Assembly (NCBI GenBank): GCA_040954595.2
Contig: CM082585.2
Location: forward strand, 6,907,808 to 6,971,807
Direction: 5' to 3'
Origin: Balanoglossus misakiensis
Taxonomy: Eukaryota; Animalia; Hemichordata
Length of the DNA stretch: 64,000 nucleotides
Positions 38,701 through 51,850 of the stretch are shown here, one piece after another. Numbering within the stretch: position 1 is the first letter of the stretch; each line of letters opens with the position of its first letter. The position numbers and the translations under genes are program-made. The notes under the pieces are model-generated. The model did no database searches and was not told the DNA's origin. It was given only the letters and a program-made list of their open reading frames with translations.

Positions 38701-41700
38701 TTATAAGTTAAATAATATTATTTCCATGTGAAAAATAAAAACAAGTTACAGAGGACAACTTCCACTGAAGAAAACTATGATGCTGGAAGGCTAAATGCAG
38801 AAGTTACTGAATGATGTTTGAGAGATATTTTGAGCTTTACCGAACAAACCATTTTCTATGAAGACAGTTTGGTCAAAACTTTTCCCTGTACTTTCTACAT
38901 TTTCTTGGTTCAATAAATGTCAGTTTTATGAAAACTGACAGGTTGTCACTGAGTACGTGTGCAAGCAACAACGAAAATAATAAACCGTTACATTCAAATG
39001 TCGAATCGGCGAATTGAGCCAATTCCAAAAGCCAACCTCAATTTTCTTGGGACATGTATTTGCCTAAAAATAGCTACTTTTTGTCAGAATGATTATACTT
39101 GTCTGGAAACGTGTATGCAATAGCTGTCATGGTGTACTGTATATAAAAAAGATGATATTACCTTGCAGGAACTTGTGAGTTCGAGGAAAATGACGCAGAA
39201 GTCAATCATTTATGCACTACATGTAGTATTATTTCTAAAAAAAGGCAATTTCTGCTTATTATAGAATATATGTAATAATATAGTAGTTTAACGCAGCCAT
39301 GATAAAAAATAATGGTCTAAATAAAAATATTAAAAAGTAAAATATTAAAAATAAAATAAAATGGCTAACTTATAATAATAGTCTAAATGTTTCAATTTTG
39401 AATTTACCAAACTGCAGATAAATTTGCCAAAGTGCAGTTTAAATTACCATATGTTCAAGATATTTCACTGGAACAGGTCCTTGGTGGATTGTACATATTG
39501 AGGAAAAGTCATTGCTGTGATGTACTGTACTTGTACAGAGCAAATGTTACTGTATGTCAACTGCAATAAGCTCTGATGTCATCTGTGTACCGGGTGCTAT
39601 CGTTAACTTTTCTACGGTCGAAGCAAGTGCTTGACTCTAGCAAGGCCAGTGCAAATTAACAGTGGTTTCTGTATAATGCAGAAAATCAACAGTAAGAGCT
39701 CAAAATGTTATGCCAATTCACCCCACTCTTCCCTAACTCTACCTAACTTGTCTGCTCCATAAGACCACGCTGGTTATTTCAAGCTGACTCAAAACCTTTT
39801 ATATATGTACACTCAAACAACAAGGTCTGTCAACCTGAACTCTGTCGGTGTATATACCACACTTTCAAAAAGTCAAAACAATTCATACAGCGATATTATC
39901 AAAAAATTAAAAGGTCATATGTAGAATAGATTAACATTATCTGCGTTGGTTACAAAGAATATGAAACAGAAAATCGGTAATGGGCCTACCTGGTGTGTTG
40001 AGTCAGAACCCAGACAAGTGAAACTGCGGTGTGTTCTTCGCAGATAGCACTGTCAGTATACTTGGTTTGTGACTAAGCGCCTTGCACATCCTCTCTCATC
40101 CCACGCAAGCTACTTCAGAGGTACAACCATTAAGACAAGGAGGCTCAGCCCCTGCGTGGGCGGGATGTTTTTTTTCTCTCTCCACCCTGCGAGTTATAAA
40201 AAGCCGGGAGATTTAATTAACTCTTTTAATATGCATGGTCGACAGCGTTTTAATTCATGTAGGATAAACAGCAGGTCCCAGGAATGCCTGATAACTTATG
40301 AGGGTCAGGAACATTGGAGTACGAGTGCTTAACAACAGCCCTGTAGCAGACTTTGCAACTTCAATGCATAGAACATCAAAAGCTATTTTTACCTCTGAAA
40401 TAAAGAGCTTTTCCTCTTTGATCTTTTTCCCCAGAAATTGCTCAAATCGTATTCAAACTAATCACTGATTGAAATATTACTACCTTTTTGACGTGATAAT
40501 ATAGTGGCCGGTTTTATTATTTTCTTCACAATAACGCTTACAGGAAATGGATGAAAATAGAAATACGGCCGCATAAATCTAGCTAATGGCTTCTCTCTTC
40601 CTGAGTTTGCTGTAAAAATTACCACTTTCTATGTATACATTATATCAACTGCATGATCAATGAAAGGTTTTATATCCCACAAAAGCCGAGCATTAGAAGT
40701 GAAATTGTAAAAAAAGACCCATAAAGTAATTGATTTGAGGTTTATTTCCTAGAATGATATAGTGCCTTTTATGCGAAACGATTTTGTGACATTAAATTTG
40801 TAATTGATCATTTAAAAAGAGGTATAATTTGAAACTTTTTATTGGTCTTTTGACAATTGTTTAATACTGCAAGCCGTAATTTTAACTTTCTGCAATTATT
40901 TGAAAGTGAAAATTGTTATTTTGTTTCGTGAACCAGGGAGTTGTATTGCCTCCTGCATTACTCTGCATCTTAAGAGGAAAGATTTGGTTAGTTCACAGAG
41001 CAAACTAACCACTGTTGCGAAAATAGTGAGCAGTCCTGCTTCATGGTGTGTTGTGGCTTACTGGGCAAAGCCAACGCTTTGCATGTACATCAAATGATAA
41101 AAAAAGAACACCCTGCAGTTCAAAGACTAAAAAGTGGTATTTTGGAATAGTTCTCGAAAACCAGAGTCTACCTGGTCTCCAGGCAACTCTGAAACTGCAT
41201 GTTGCCGCAAAGAGGTCATGGTTTGCGGCGATGAGGTCGAACAGCAATACCAGTACTGTTCTTGCCAGAATAGTTATTTGTTCAGGCATGATTGCTCGAC
41301 ACAAAACGTGTACCAGAACCCTACTGTTTTATGTCGTACTTTCTCCAGGAAAAAAATCTGAATGCCGAGTAATACCTCTGGGTAAACTGTAAATGGCTGC
41401 ATCGCGGAGATCAACAAATATTGACAGTTTTTGACCTGTCACATCGCAGTAATTGACTGAAGCTGATGTTTGCTTTTATTGATTGGAGCACAAGGATGAA
41501 CGTGCATTGACAGCAATATGAAATGATCAATATAAATAAAAAATGTGCCAATATCTGTCATCTTTCTGAACACTCTTCATAAAGAATAGATGAGACTTCT
41601 GAAAGACACGATTCATTCAGTTGAATCAAGCCGTTAGTCACGTACAAGTCATTTAGTTTTTGTCGGCGGAGATGAATGCCTAATCTCCTAAACCTTGAAA

Positions 41701-44700
41701 TTGAATGCGTGGAACTCCTCTGAATAAAATCTAAAAGCAACATCTTTTGTCAATGTCTTCATTACCAACTTACAACTCTATCTCCTATCTAAGGCCTCCC
41801 AAATACTGTAATGCATGTTTTTGGCTCTCGGAACTTTTTATGAAAAACGCATCAACTAGGGTAACTGTTTAGTGCGAGCCTGGGCATTCCGTTAGTTCCA
41901 GCTTTAAAACCTCACAAAGCAACTTTAATCAGCTTATACAACTCTACACCTTCACAATAAAATTTTATGAGTAGGAATTTTGTGGGAGGGATATTTATAG
42001 AATCTCGTTACCACGTCTCATATATTTCTGGCGAGTTGATCTACAAATTCAGGTCTTGTTTTTCAGAAATTACTCCCGAGCCATGAGGGATAATGTAACT
42101 TCTGTCAAAAATTTTTGTTGTAATTATCAGTTCAGCCTTTTGCTCTGTGCTAGGAACAAGTCATGTGCATTTTCTATTGTTGCTGTGATCGAACTTACAC
42201 CTCGTAGCAACGTACTGTAGCCTAAAATTTGAATACAAGTTTCTTCCATCAATTGTGTCACGTCGGCCATGATGGATGAAAAGATGCTATTTTTAGCACA
42301 GGATAGATGGCATCCACTTGGCAGTGCATCTCACGTTGGCAGTCGTCCCTTGACACCGTAAAAGTTGTGAACTTTTTGTTCTAATAATAACCCCGTAGTG
42401 TCACAATGCACTCACTGCTTACGTCAATGGCAACCCAGACTTCTGAACCAGGGGTCAAATTTCCTGCAACTGCACAGGCTGCGTTGGTTTAAAACTTGCC
42501 AGACGTGTTTATCGTTTATCAATTTGTCGGGGAGGTGATGGCGAGTTCTGCCGATTCACGTTTATTAGTCTCGTCGCATACTGCTGCCTCCCTGCTAGAA
42601 TGTGAAACTGGATACACTCCTCTTGACTGATGCTCGCTGGAGAGGCTACGTTTTATTGTTATTGATTCACGGGGCATGCTGATCGGTGGATGCTGTCGTT
42701 TCTGGTTTATGCGTGAATCACATGTGTAACACCCCATTGCATTCCCAGGTGGAAGTCTGCTGGGCAAAAAGCCATGACGCAATGGCAGTTTAAGTAGACT
42801 ACATTTAAATGCTAATGCACGGCTTTACAAGGATCCTTGGCGATGAAAGGTGTTAAATGTCTCGGAACAAAGTAATTGTTGCCTGGCGATAGTGCTAGAT
42901 TGAATGCCAAACTATGAAGATGTTTAGTTTAAGACATGGTTTGAAACTTTAAAATGTGTGTCCCTCTGATACCTTCTACGCCACGATTCGAATATCCTAG
43001 GTTTTCTTTTGAGCATGCTTTTTTGGAAACGGTTAGTGTATGCGGTTTGATTTCATTTGGCACCGAAGATTAATCGACGTTTGAATGAAATCTGTAATGG
43101 CGCGTTTGACGTTGTGAAAGTGGAACAAGTGTAAATGGATGTGGTGGATATACCCACGGGATCGCGACTGAACTAACAGATATCAATCACCAGTGAAGTA
43201 GCAGTCTTTGCCGTGTACCTCGGTTGAGAAAGTAAAATGGTGTCATGGTCACATAGCCCTTGAAGGCTTGCAAACCTCCACCCAGCCCTTTCCAAGAAAA
43301 GCATGACCACCCTTGCAAGTTTGTCGCCAGGCAACTTCTTTCTTTATGATAGTAATTTCTCCTTGGTTGGAAAATTAACAAAGTGGTTCTCCAGAGGTAT
43401 AATAAAAATGACACCGCGGCTAGAAATTAAGTCACACAATGTGAAAAGCCTACCTCTTCCATTTGGTTTATTTTGATTTTTATTATGCTGCTCAGATGAT
43501 CATTGGGCATCTATTAAACCTAAGCCTTGTGCTCTCCCGAGTTCTTCACTGCCCCCAATGGGCCAGTTGAATGGAGTGACAATATATCTTTCAATCTCAC
43601 GCCAGAAACACTGCAACTTCCCGGGGGACACCTGGCTTTTCTTTCCAAGCCTAGTTGATCTCGTTCTCATCTGAAACTAAAGCCCCGATAGGACATTTCT
43701 TAACACGTTCAAATTTTACTAATTCTGCCTGCATTTGAGAGCTGCTTTAAGTCTTAACAGGTGATTTGCATCAATCATTCAATGCTTGCTGCTGTTGAAG
43801 CTTTCGGCTTGTTGCTTTTAATGGGTAAAGTCAGCAATTTGTGACTATTTTGTGGTTATTTACAAAACATTCGTCGATTGCCAAGCTGATGGTGTAAAAT
43901 AATAAAGTTGGTTGTCAGAGATCTCGATCCTTAAAGTGGTACCAGTACACTGCATTTATATGTAGAGATGACCAGTGTACACGGAACAGTTGAACTAGAT
44001 TTTGGAATGTACCAGAAATTATGACATGTAGATTGTGGCATGTGATTTTTACTATCATGATGCATATACTGTATTTCATGTATTATGGGATAATCAGGTC
44101 GTTGTGACTTCCTTCAGCTGCATCCAGGCAAGAAAACGACCCTCGAAAGACTTTTGCGCTCCAGGATTAATGTTCTGAAGATGGCACATTAAATATTAAA
44201 AATTTGTCATCAGCTCAGAGAGGAGTCCATATTGATGTCAGAAAGTGATCATTACTGATATTCTTATATTTATGGATGATATCTGAGTGACTTGAATAAT
44301 ATATCTGACGAAGAAAATAATTGATATGAAGGCCATTTAGCTCAACTTGTTGATACTTGTACACATATTTTTTGAATGCTATCCGTGATTGAAAAGGGCT
44401 GAACAGACAATATATCAGGGAAAGATTCATATCTCATTGCCTCCGGTACTATTTTTTCATCTAAAGATTGTGAAAAGAAATGTCAAATTGGCCAAAATGA
44501 AAGGCATAATGTGGGCTGTGTAGTCTTGCTTTACAGCTGTGTCAGAAGTTGGAAATTTCCAACACACTATTAGTCAAGAATAGGTTAGACACATTGTGAT
44601 TAAGAAACAAAGTCACCTGCAGTCACTAGCCTCAGTAACGACTTTGTTTGCTTGACTGAAAAAAATCTGTTGAATGTGGAAAAAATGCGTAACACATGAG

Positions 44701-47700
44701 AAACCCTGTTAAGGGTCAATTCTTAATGACTGAGAGTCTGTGGTTTGTGCCACCAGAAAAATGTCTGGAGTCTGAACTGTACACTGGAAAATTTCCGTCA
44801 ACTCTTAAAGTCTAGATGAATGTGCATGCAGCATCCCAATATAGACTTCCAGATGTTGACTCTTGCTGACATTAACACTTGTAGTCATTTACACACCCAA
44901 CAGGCACGCAATCTCACACATTTGACAGTAATATATTGCATCAACAGCTCCCAAAGGGTGGAGGTATTTGTGAACTGCTAAACATATCTCCTGAAATTGC
45001 AGAGAAACTTACCACCGTGGTAAGAATCATCTCCCTGGGGTTATATTGCACAGTTATTGCAATAATCCCCCCTCCATTCACAAGCAAATGACTTGAGTTT
45101 GAAAGAGGGGGGTGGGGATTGAAACGCTGTCTGTTTTTAAAGGTTCTTAAAGTCAAGAGCTGACTTTATCCTCTCGTAAAGTGCATTTGAACAGTCCATC
45201 TCTTGCTGATGTGCACATTTTGATATCTAGATGGTAGCTTTGAGACTGAGCACTTGAAATCATCAGAAACATATCAAGCATAAATGGCAAAAGTGAAGAT
45301 CAAGTACAGTGGTGGGCCAAAAATCTGAATCACATCATCTCGTATATTCCCATTTCTTATTATTAAATCACGGAAGGGATTCTGTGTAATGGATTTATAA
45401 CTCTGTGGCCTTTCCTGTGGTAGTTTGTCATAGCAACCAAATTTTTCATGATAAAAAATGAAACCACAGAGCATTGATGTCATGATTAAAAAGTGAAGTC
45501 TAGATTACCGGAACTATTTGCACATTTATCATGTGAAATAGCGATGCATAAGACCATGAAATATGGCTGCTTGTGGGCCTAGATGGGCATTTTCAAAAGA
45601 AGCAGGAGACAACACACACCCTTCTTGTGTTCGCAAGTTTTTGCGTCTTACAAATATGGTGTATAGGAGTTGAGACATAACTCTGACATCAGTGGCCAAT
45701 GATGTCCCTAAAAATCTGCGTTTAGTGGTCATGTATTGTTCAGTTGATTTTGTACCCAATTTAAATCCAATCATTAACATAAGATGGTAGTTGTTGAAAT
45801 ATCAATGGTTTATGGCAACCCAAATTTCCCCCCAAAATTTTATCTCAAAATGTTTCATGCCAGATAATTTAATTTAACCTGTTTTACTTCAAGAAGGGTA
45901 GTGTCACATTTATCATATCTGAGTGAGAACGAAAAAATCAATGTTGGCCATGCCTGATAATGTCTAGACTCTCTTATCTGATGGCACTGATAAAGATCAC
46001 CTCTCTCAAATTTGCCCTGCTGTTCCAGAACAATCAATCAATCCTGCGTTCTGAGGTGAAAACCTCTTTTAATTGCTAGAAAACTCCAAGCATTTCCAGG
46101 AGCAACCGCTAAAAGCCCGGAGAGCGATATACACACCCATGCACAGACAAGTTCCCCAGGTGCTGAGACCTTGCCATGCAGGTATTTGCTCCCCTGCGTA
46201 ATGACGGTCGATTGCTTGACGACGCAAGTGAGTAATGTCGCCCTCGATGGTTTTGACTAGTCAAAAGAGCCGCTGAAATGGACCCGGAAGATATTCCAGC
46301 ATTGGCTGCTATACTGAAGTTGAACTCCCCCCCCCCCCTCAAATCTGCTGTCTGATTCCTTGTAAATTTCGTGTGATTTCCCCGGAGACTGTGCGCACGG
46401 ACATGAGAGGAATGCCGTCGTTTGTACATAGTTTGCAAGTCAATGCTGAAATAATACTGCCATGTACATTTTGTACATCAACAACCCTAGCTGTGCACAT
46501 TGATTCAGCCAATAGGGATGTAATCATCCTTAATTTACATTTGCCCATATATGGTTAAATGGGTAAGTCTTCTATAACCATATCGTGGCACACTTTATTT
46601 CACATGGCCGCCCAGTGAAAATCTGTGATTGGCTGCGATGTGTTTAACAGGCTGTTCAAGCACATCACACACATACCGAATGTTACCATAGAGGGCATAA
46701 TTTGGCTGAGAAATTAGGGTTGGTCACAAACATTTTGTTTGTGTTGATGTCAGAAATTACGACCAGTTTGACTTAGAGTAACAAAAAAAGCCGAATATGC
46801 ACCCTCTCATTGCTGATTGGTCAGGAGTAATATGAATATTAATGATCATTTAAATACAACAGCTCCTTGTATGGACTGATACATGATGTGCAATACCAGC
46901 CCAGTTGACAGCTGTTATTAAAAGGGCATGCAGTTAACGAATTATAGCCCCAGGCGGTGTTGGGTAATATTCAGAATTATCAGACAGGCAAGGCTGATGA
47001 AAAGGGCATTGAGAAATGTGGTATAGCCTCAAACGTTACACGACCTCATTAAACATATGCATCATTACTTTTTTTCAGTGTAAATGTCTCCGTACATTAC
47101 TTCAGTTGCTAAGCGGTAACTGTGTGTGTGTGCACTAAATTCGATCGACAGACAGCAGGCTGATTAAACTTCCTTGCAGACTGTGATGAGATCCCGAAGA
47201 CTGTCTGTGTTTGTTTTTGATCAGACATAACTGTTTAATATATTTTCGTCAGTCAATATGGCAAATTAATAAGTCTTTTGGAAATGCTTGACATTCATAG
47301 GAAGAAAACAAATTCATGCGAGATCTCGGTTGATCGTTAGTATTGGACAAGCTGATGAAAGGTAACATATAATTCCACAAGTTTTTCTGTGGCGATTTCA
47401 ACGATTCAAAAACTTGCATTCCACACGGCACCACAATAGTTCATAAAGCTAAAAATATACTAAACTTCATTTTGCCTATCTGAGATGAATAAATAATATG
47501 CCATAGTACAGTATGCTTGTCTCATCTCACTATTAATCAGAATCTAAAGCTATAGGTGGCTGTTGCTTTCTTCAGGATGGACATAAAATTAAAAAAAAAC
47601 AGTTATTTTTTTATCAAAAGATTAAAAGACCCCGACTATTTTTTTCTAGGAACTATTAAACACAGTGTTGCCACTTCATGGCTCTGTATCGCCTGAGGCA

Positions 47701-50700
47701 CATTTCTCAAAATGAAAAGTCAATTTCTGCAGAGCCCAGGTATTGACAGATATAATTAATGGAACGCTCGTTAAAGAATGACCGCCAATAAACCGACGTC
47801 CATCCATCATGGAGACGAATGGTTTGTCATTTAAATTGCTAAGCCAGAGGGATACATCATGAGGACTGAAAATCAAGTCCATCGCCGAAGAGAGTCATGA
47901 TTCACTCCCTGCATTGCAATGATTCGAATGCAAATGAAGTTGATGTGTGACAACTTGGCAATGAGCATGTGTGTGGTATATTGCGGACTTCATGTACATT
48001 TAGCATTTATGTAGTCATTTCGTGAAGACGGGCTTCATCACGCAGTAATGAAGTTTTACAATGAACAATATCACGATTTAAATGAGATGGGACTCTGAAA
48101 GAAATCTGATGTGAATGAATAGCCTTTTCTCCGATTGTGGGACTCCACCGACGCATATGCCAGTCATGTGTAGTGTATTGGGGAAGGGGGGGGGGGAGGT
48201 GTTTCAATCCAAAATTGAATTTTCAATCAAACCGGCCTTGATTGTGTCCATAAGATATGACGCCGACTCACACTTTTTGGGTAACAGGCAAATCATCGTG
48301 AAATTCTCAATTCCCAGAAGTTCAAATAAGAAGATATCGTGCATTCTCATCTTGTGTGTCGCAGAGTGTGGTGATGAATTCTGACGTCGAGAAGGAAAGT
48401 CTCGTAAAAATTACCTCGATAAATCTCTGTGTATATATTCAGAGAAAAATCCACCATTTTTAGTGAGAATAGCCACTAGCACCTCTGCAAAGCACATAGT
48501 GCAGAAACTTAACAACTTTGATTGGCTACCTCGACAGTGAATTAAAATCAATCTAGAGCTTACTTGAAATAAAAGGCTCATATTTTCTTGCCGCAAGCAA
48601 TAAAATAACGTACTAGTAGTAGTACACGAGAATAATCAACTTTAATTCTGACTTTGGCGATACTACGTAAATCGCCACGAAAAACGTTGCCGCCTAAAAA
48701 AATGATTGCACCTCCAGTATTCCACTGTAGTTAAATATAAATTGAAGTTTAAATATGCAATCATAATCCTTCCAGATAAAACTCTCAAAGCAGCTGAACA
48801 TTTGGATTGGACCTAAATGTTTGAAGACATGAAATTATGCCCATGAGCATGAGACGATCATGGGCCTTTAATATGTAGAATTGTAGACCGGCTGACTTTA
48901 AAATGTAGGACATGTATAATATTGTACAATTCAAATATTTTTTACGGCATTTTATTTGTATATGACGTGGCAGCAGTATTATCAGAGAGGAAATTGCTTG
49001 ACGCATAAGCATCAGATTAAAGTTGTTTATTACGAATGTGTTAAATTTTTATGAATACTGCAATGACGGCCATTTTGATTAACTTTGTAGTTTCAGTGGT
49101 ACAAAGTAGCACGCTACAGTTGACTTCCAATCAAGTTGCGATTAACACGAGAAGAAATTATCTGCCAGTTTTAATGTTTCTCACTTGCTTTTGTGGCAAA
49201 TAAATTAAATGTACGAATTTCAAATACATAATTATACTATAAGTGTGTGAAAATGGAAAAGAATGACTTTCTATCAGTTCAGTCTCCTGAAAAATCAATA
49301 AAAAAGTATATTATTTGCTAATTTTACACACATAAAAAAAGTTTTAATTATTTTTGTATGGTATCCTAATTGCAGTGATATAATTTCATGGTTGATACAT
49401 CTATATTTTGCATTCATTTTGCAAATTAACACGCATGCAAAAATTTTAATTCATTTTTTATGGTATCCTATTTAAATGTGTACAGTGGTCGTGCTGAAAT
49501 GCAGCACTTAACAATTTACCGCTCGCCTCATTTTCAAACATCAGGTGTTGAAAAACAGGGATTTGCAATAAATATGAAGCAAAATATCACCTGGTATTAG
49601 CGGGCGTATTAATCCTGACTTTGACAGTTGCACCCCAGGCTTCAAAGCCATTACTATATCCTGTCATTGCATTTTATAATCTTTGTGTGAACTATCACTT
49701 TCTAAAACTAGATAATGCAAACTAGGTATGCATTATTACCCACTATCATTCTTCATTGCCAATGCTGAAATGAGACAATTACACTAACTTGGTTGAAAGC
49801 ATGAAATTTAACCAAAAGCTCCATGTAAACTGCAATGCCACACAACTTTCATGACACACATGCATTTACAGCTGAGTCACTGACAATGTGAAAGTATACA
49901 CTACTCAGAATTTCTTACTCAAAAAACATGATTTATGATATTATTCATATAAAATATTTTCCCTATTAACCCATTTTAACTAAATGGCTGAGTTTGTTCT
50001 AAAATACAGTCTTGTCACATACAGTCACTTAATTAGCTTTATCCTGCTATTAATATAACATGAACTATCGGGCTGCAATTTTCCCACCATTAAAACCACC
50101 AATATACTATGCCAAACATGGTTGTTTAGAGCATTTATGAAGTATACAGGAAAATGCAGTATAATTTGGTGATTTCTTTGAAAATTACCACAGAAATCTA
50201 ATATTTTCTTCAGCCGGGCGTTCAGTATGCTACAGGCATGGTATAGGCAGAGTCTGGATCAATCTTTGTCATAGCAGTCAGCCCGGTTGCCGTAGTTACC
50301 AAATCGTCCACGTCATTGGGTAGTAAGTGTTCTCTTACCGAGATAGAAGATCTCTTTCTTGTGGTTTTCCATCAATTAAAAAGTTAGCTGCATGTATATT
50401 TTGGTAGGTTAGTTATACTGAGTTTTTTTATTATTCTTGAAGAATGAACTACAAAATCAAAACAAAATAACTACATGTACATGTAGTATTAGAGTTTTAG
50501 ATCATGTATAATGAATTCAACTATGTGAGGTTTTTTCCACATTTGCTTAGCATTTTTGTTTTTGTCTTGAATTACACAGAACCAGAAATCAGTGAGAGAT
50601 TTTAGAGTGCCATTGAGAGGCTAGGATCCTTCAAGCAAAAGTACTTTCACCCAAATCCAACTTTAAGTTTCTATGATGGATTTTAACAGTAAAAAGTTTG

Positions 50701-51796
50701 CAATGGGCAGAGTGTGATTGCTGTCTAGGCAATGTGCATTCAGCTTCTGAAATTCAAACATGATGCGTTACATGAATCCTGAAGGAGAAAGTATCATCTC
50801 AGAAGTGCGGCAGCATAAGTTCTCATTCATTTCAGTAGAGGTTTTTGAAGAGGTTTTATTGCAAATGCTGACAAACAGGAGAATTATTAAAAGTCTTCTC
50901 TCAGAGTTTCAATCTTCATTGAAGTCTAAAAGATGGTGTTGATTTGTCCTAAGTGCTTTTTGCCGGGAAGCAGAATTAGGATGGAAGTAGATCCCACCAG
51001 ATCACTGATTCACACATGGTTGGGTATCTGAGAAGTGTTGGACGGTCTGACTGCCTCATTGTTATTGCGAGCGCTTACACCGAACTCTGCCAATTGAAGT
51101 TAGCAACGCTTTGCAGTGGTATAGGATAATGACGCACAGAGCTGAGAGAGACTCGTTCCCAACTGAGTTCCACAAGAGCATGTGAAGAATTCTTGGTGAA
51201 GCGCGACATTACTGGGGGAAAAGATATCATTCGTTAGTGCGTTTTTATGAGTGTCGCCATGGCAATTATATCCACCCAACTTGAGATCCTGATGGAGCTG
51301 TTCAGACAGCTGTACACGACATGGTTTTCAAAAAAGCGGAGAGTGGTTCATTTTTAGTGGCTTCTTCTTGTTATCCAGTGAAACCTCATAAGGTTATTAG
51401 GGATGTGGTTGACAGATTGAGAGCATTGATGCAGGAAAAACAGTGAACCATATTTCCAGCTAGATAACAAGTTAGCTTTTTTTGAAGAAAAATATTTCAC
51501 TGGCTCTAAAGTTCAAACTTTGAAAGTCTGCAGTGTAATGTATTAGTGCATGAAATGTTGCATCATTCAAATTTTAGCAATTATGGAAGTTGTTCAAATA
51601 CTTGACTTGAATTTGAACAGACCATCGAAGTCGCTAGTGTGGTTGATGCGGCATTGTTAAAAGACTGTTGAACTCAGAGCTGGCACATGAGCATAAAATG
51701 TGAGTGTTTCCATGACAACACCTCTTTTGTGGACTGGAAATTATGCAAGACTTGGTGCATATTATGTGTCCTACGAGAGTCAGATGTAGTCCAGCT

Positions 51797-51850
51797 TTAA
51801 AGATATACAGTCACCTCTAATTTGCATATGCCTTTATATGGTCATGGATC
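51797..51850. repeat. Dispersed repeat end (TTAA|AGATATACAGTCACC...), degraded relative at ~46515-46560
   Basis: TCACCTCTAATTTGCATATGCCTTTATATGGTCA versus TCATCCTTAATTTACATTTGCCCATATATGGTTA; TTAA-AG start suggests a Kolobok-type terminus. Confidence 0.4.

Noticed and set aside
51285-51320. ATGGAGCTGTTCAG as candidate PRKX exon 3 (ELF motif)
   Set aside because: Lacks the EYxxGG context and a suitable acceptor; the frame does not continue as kinase.
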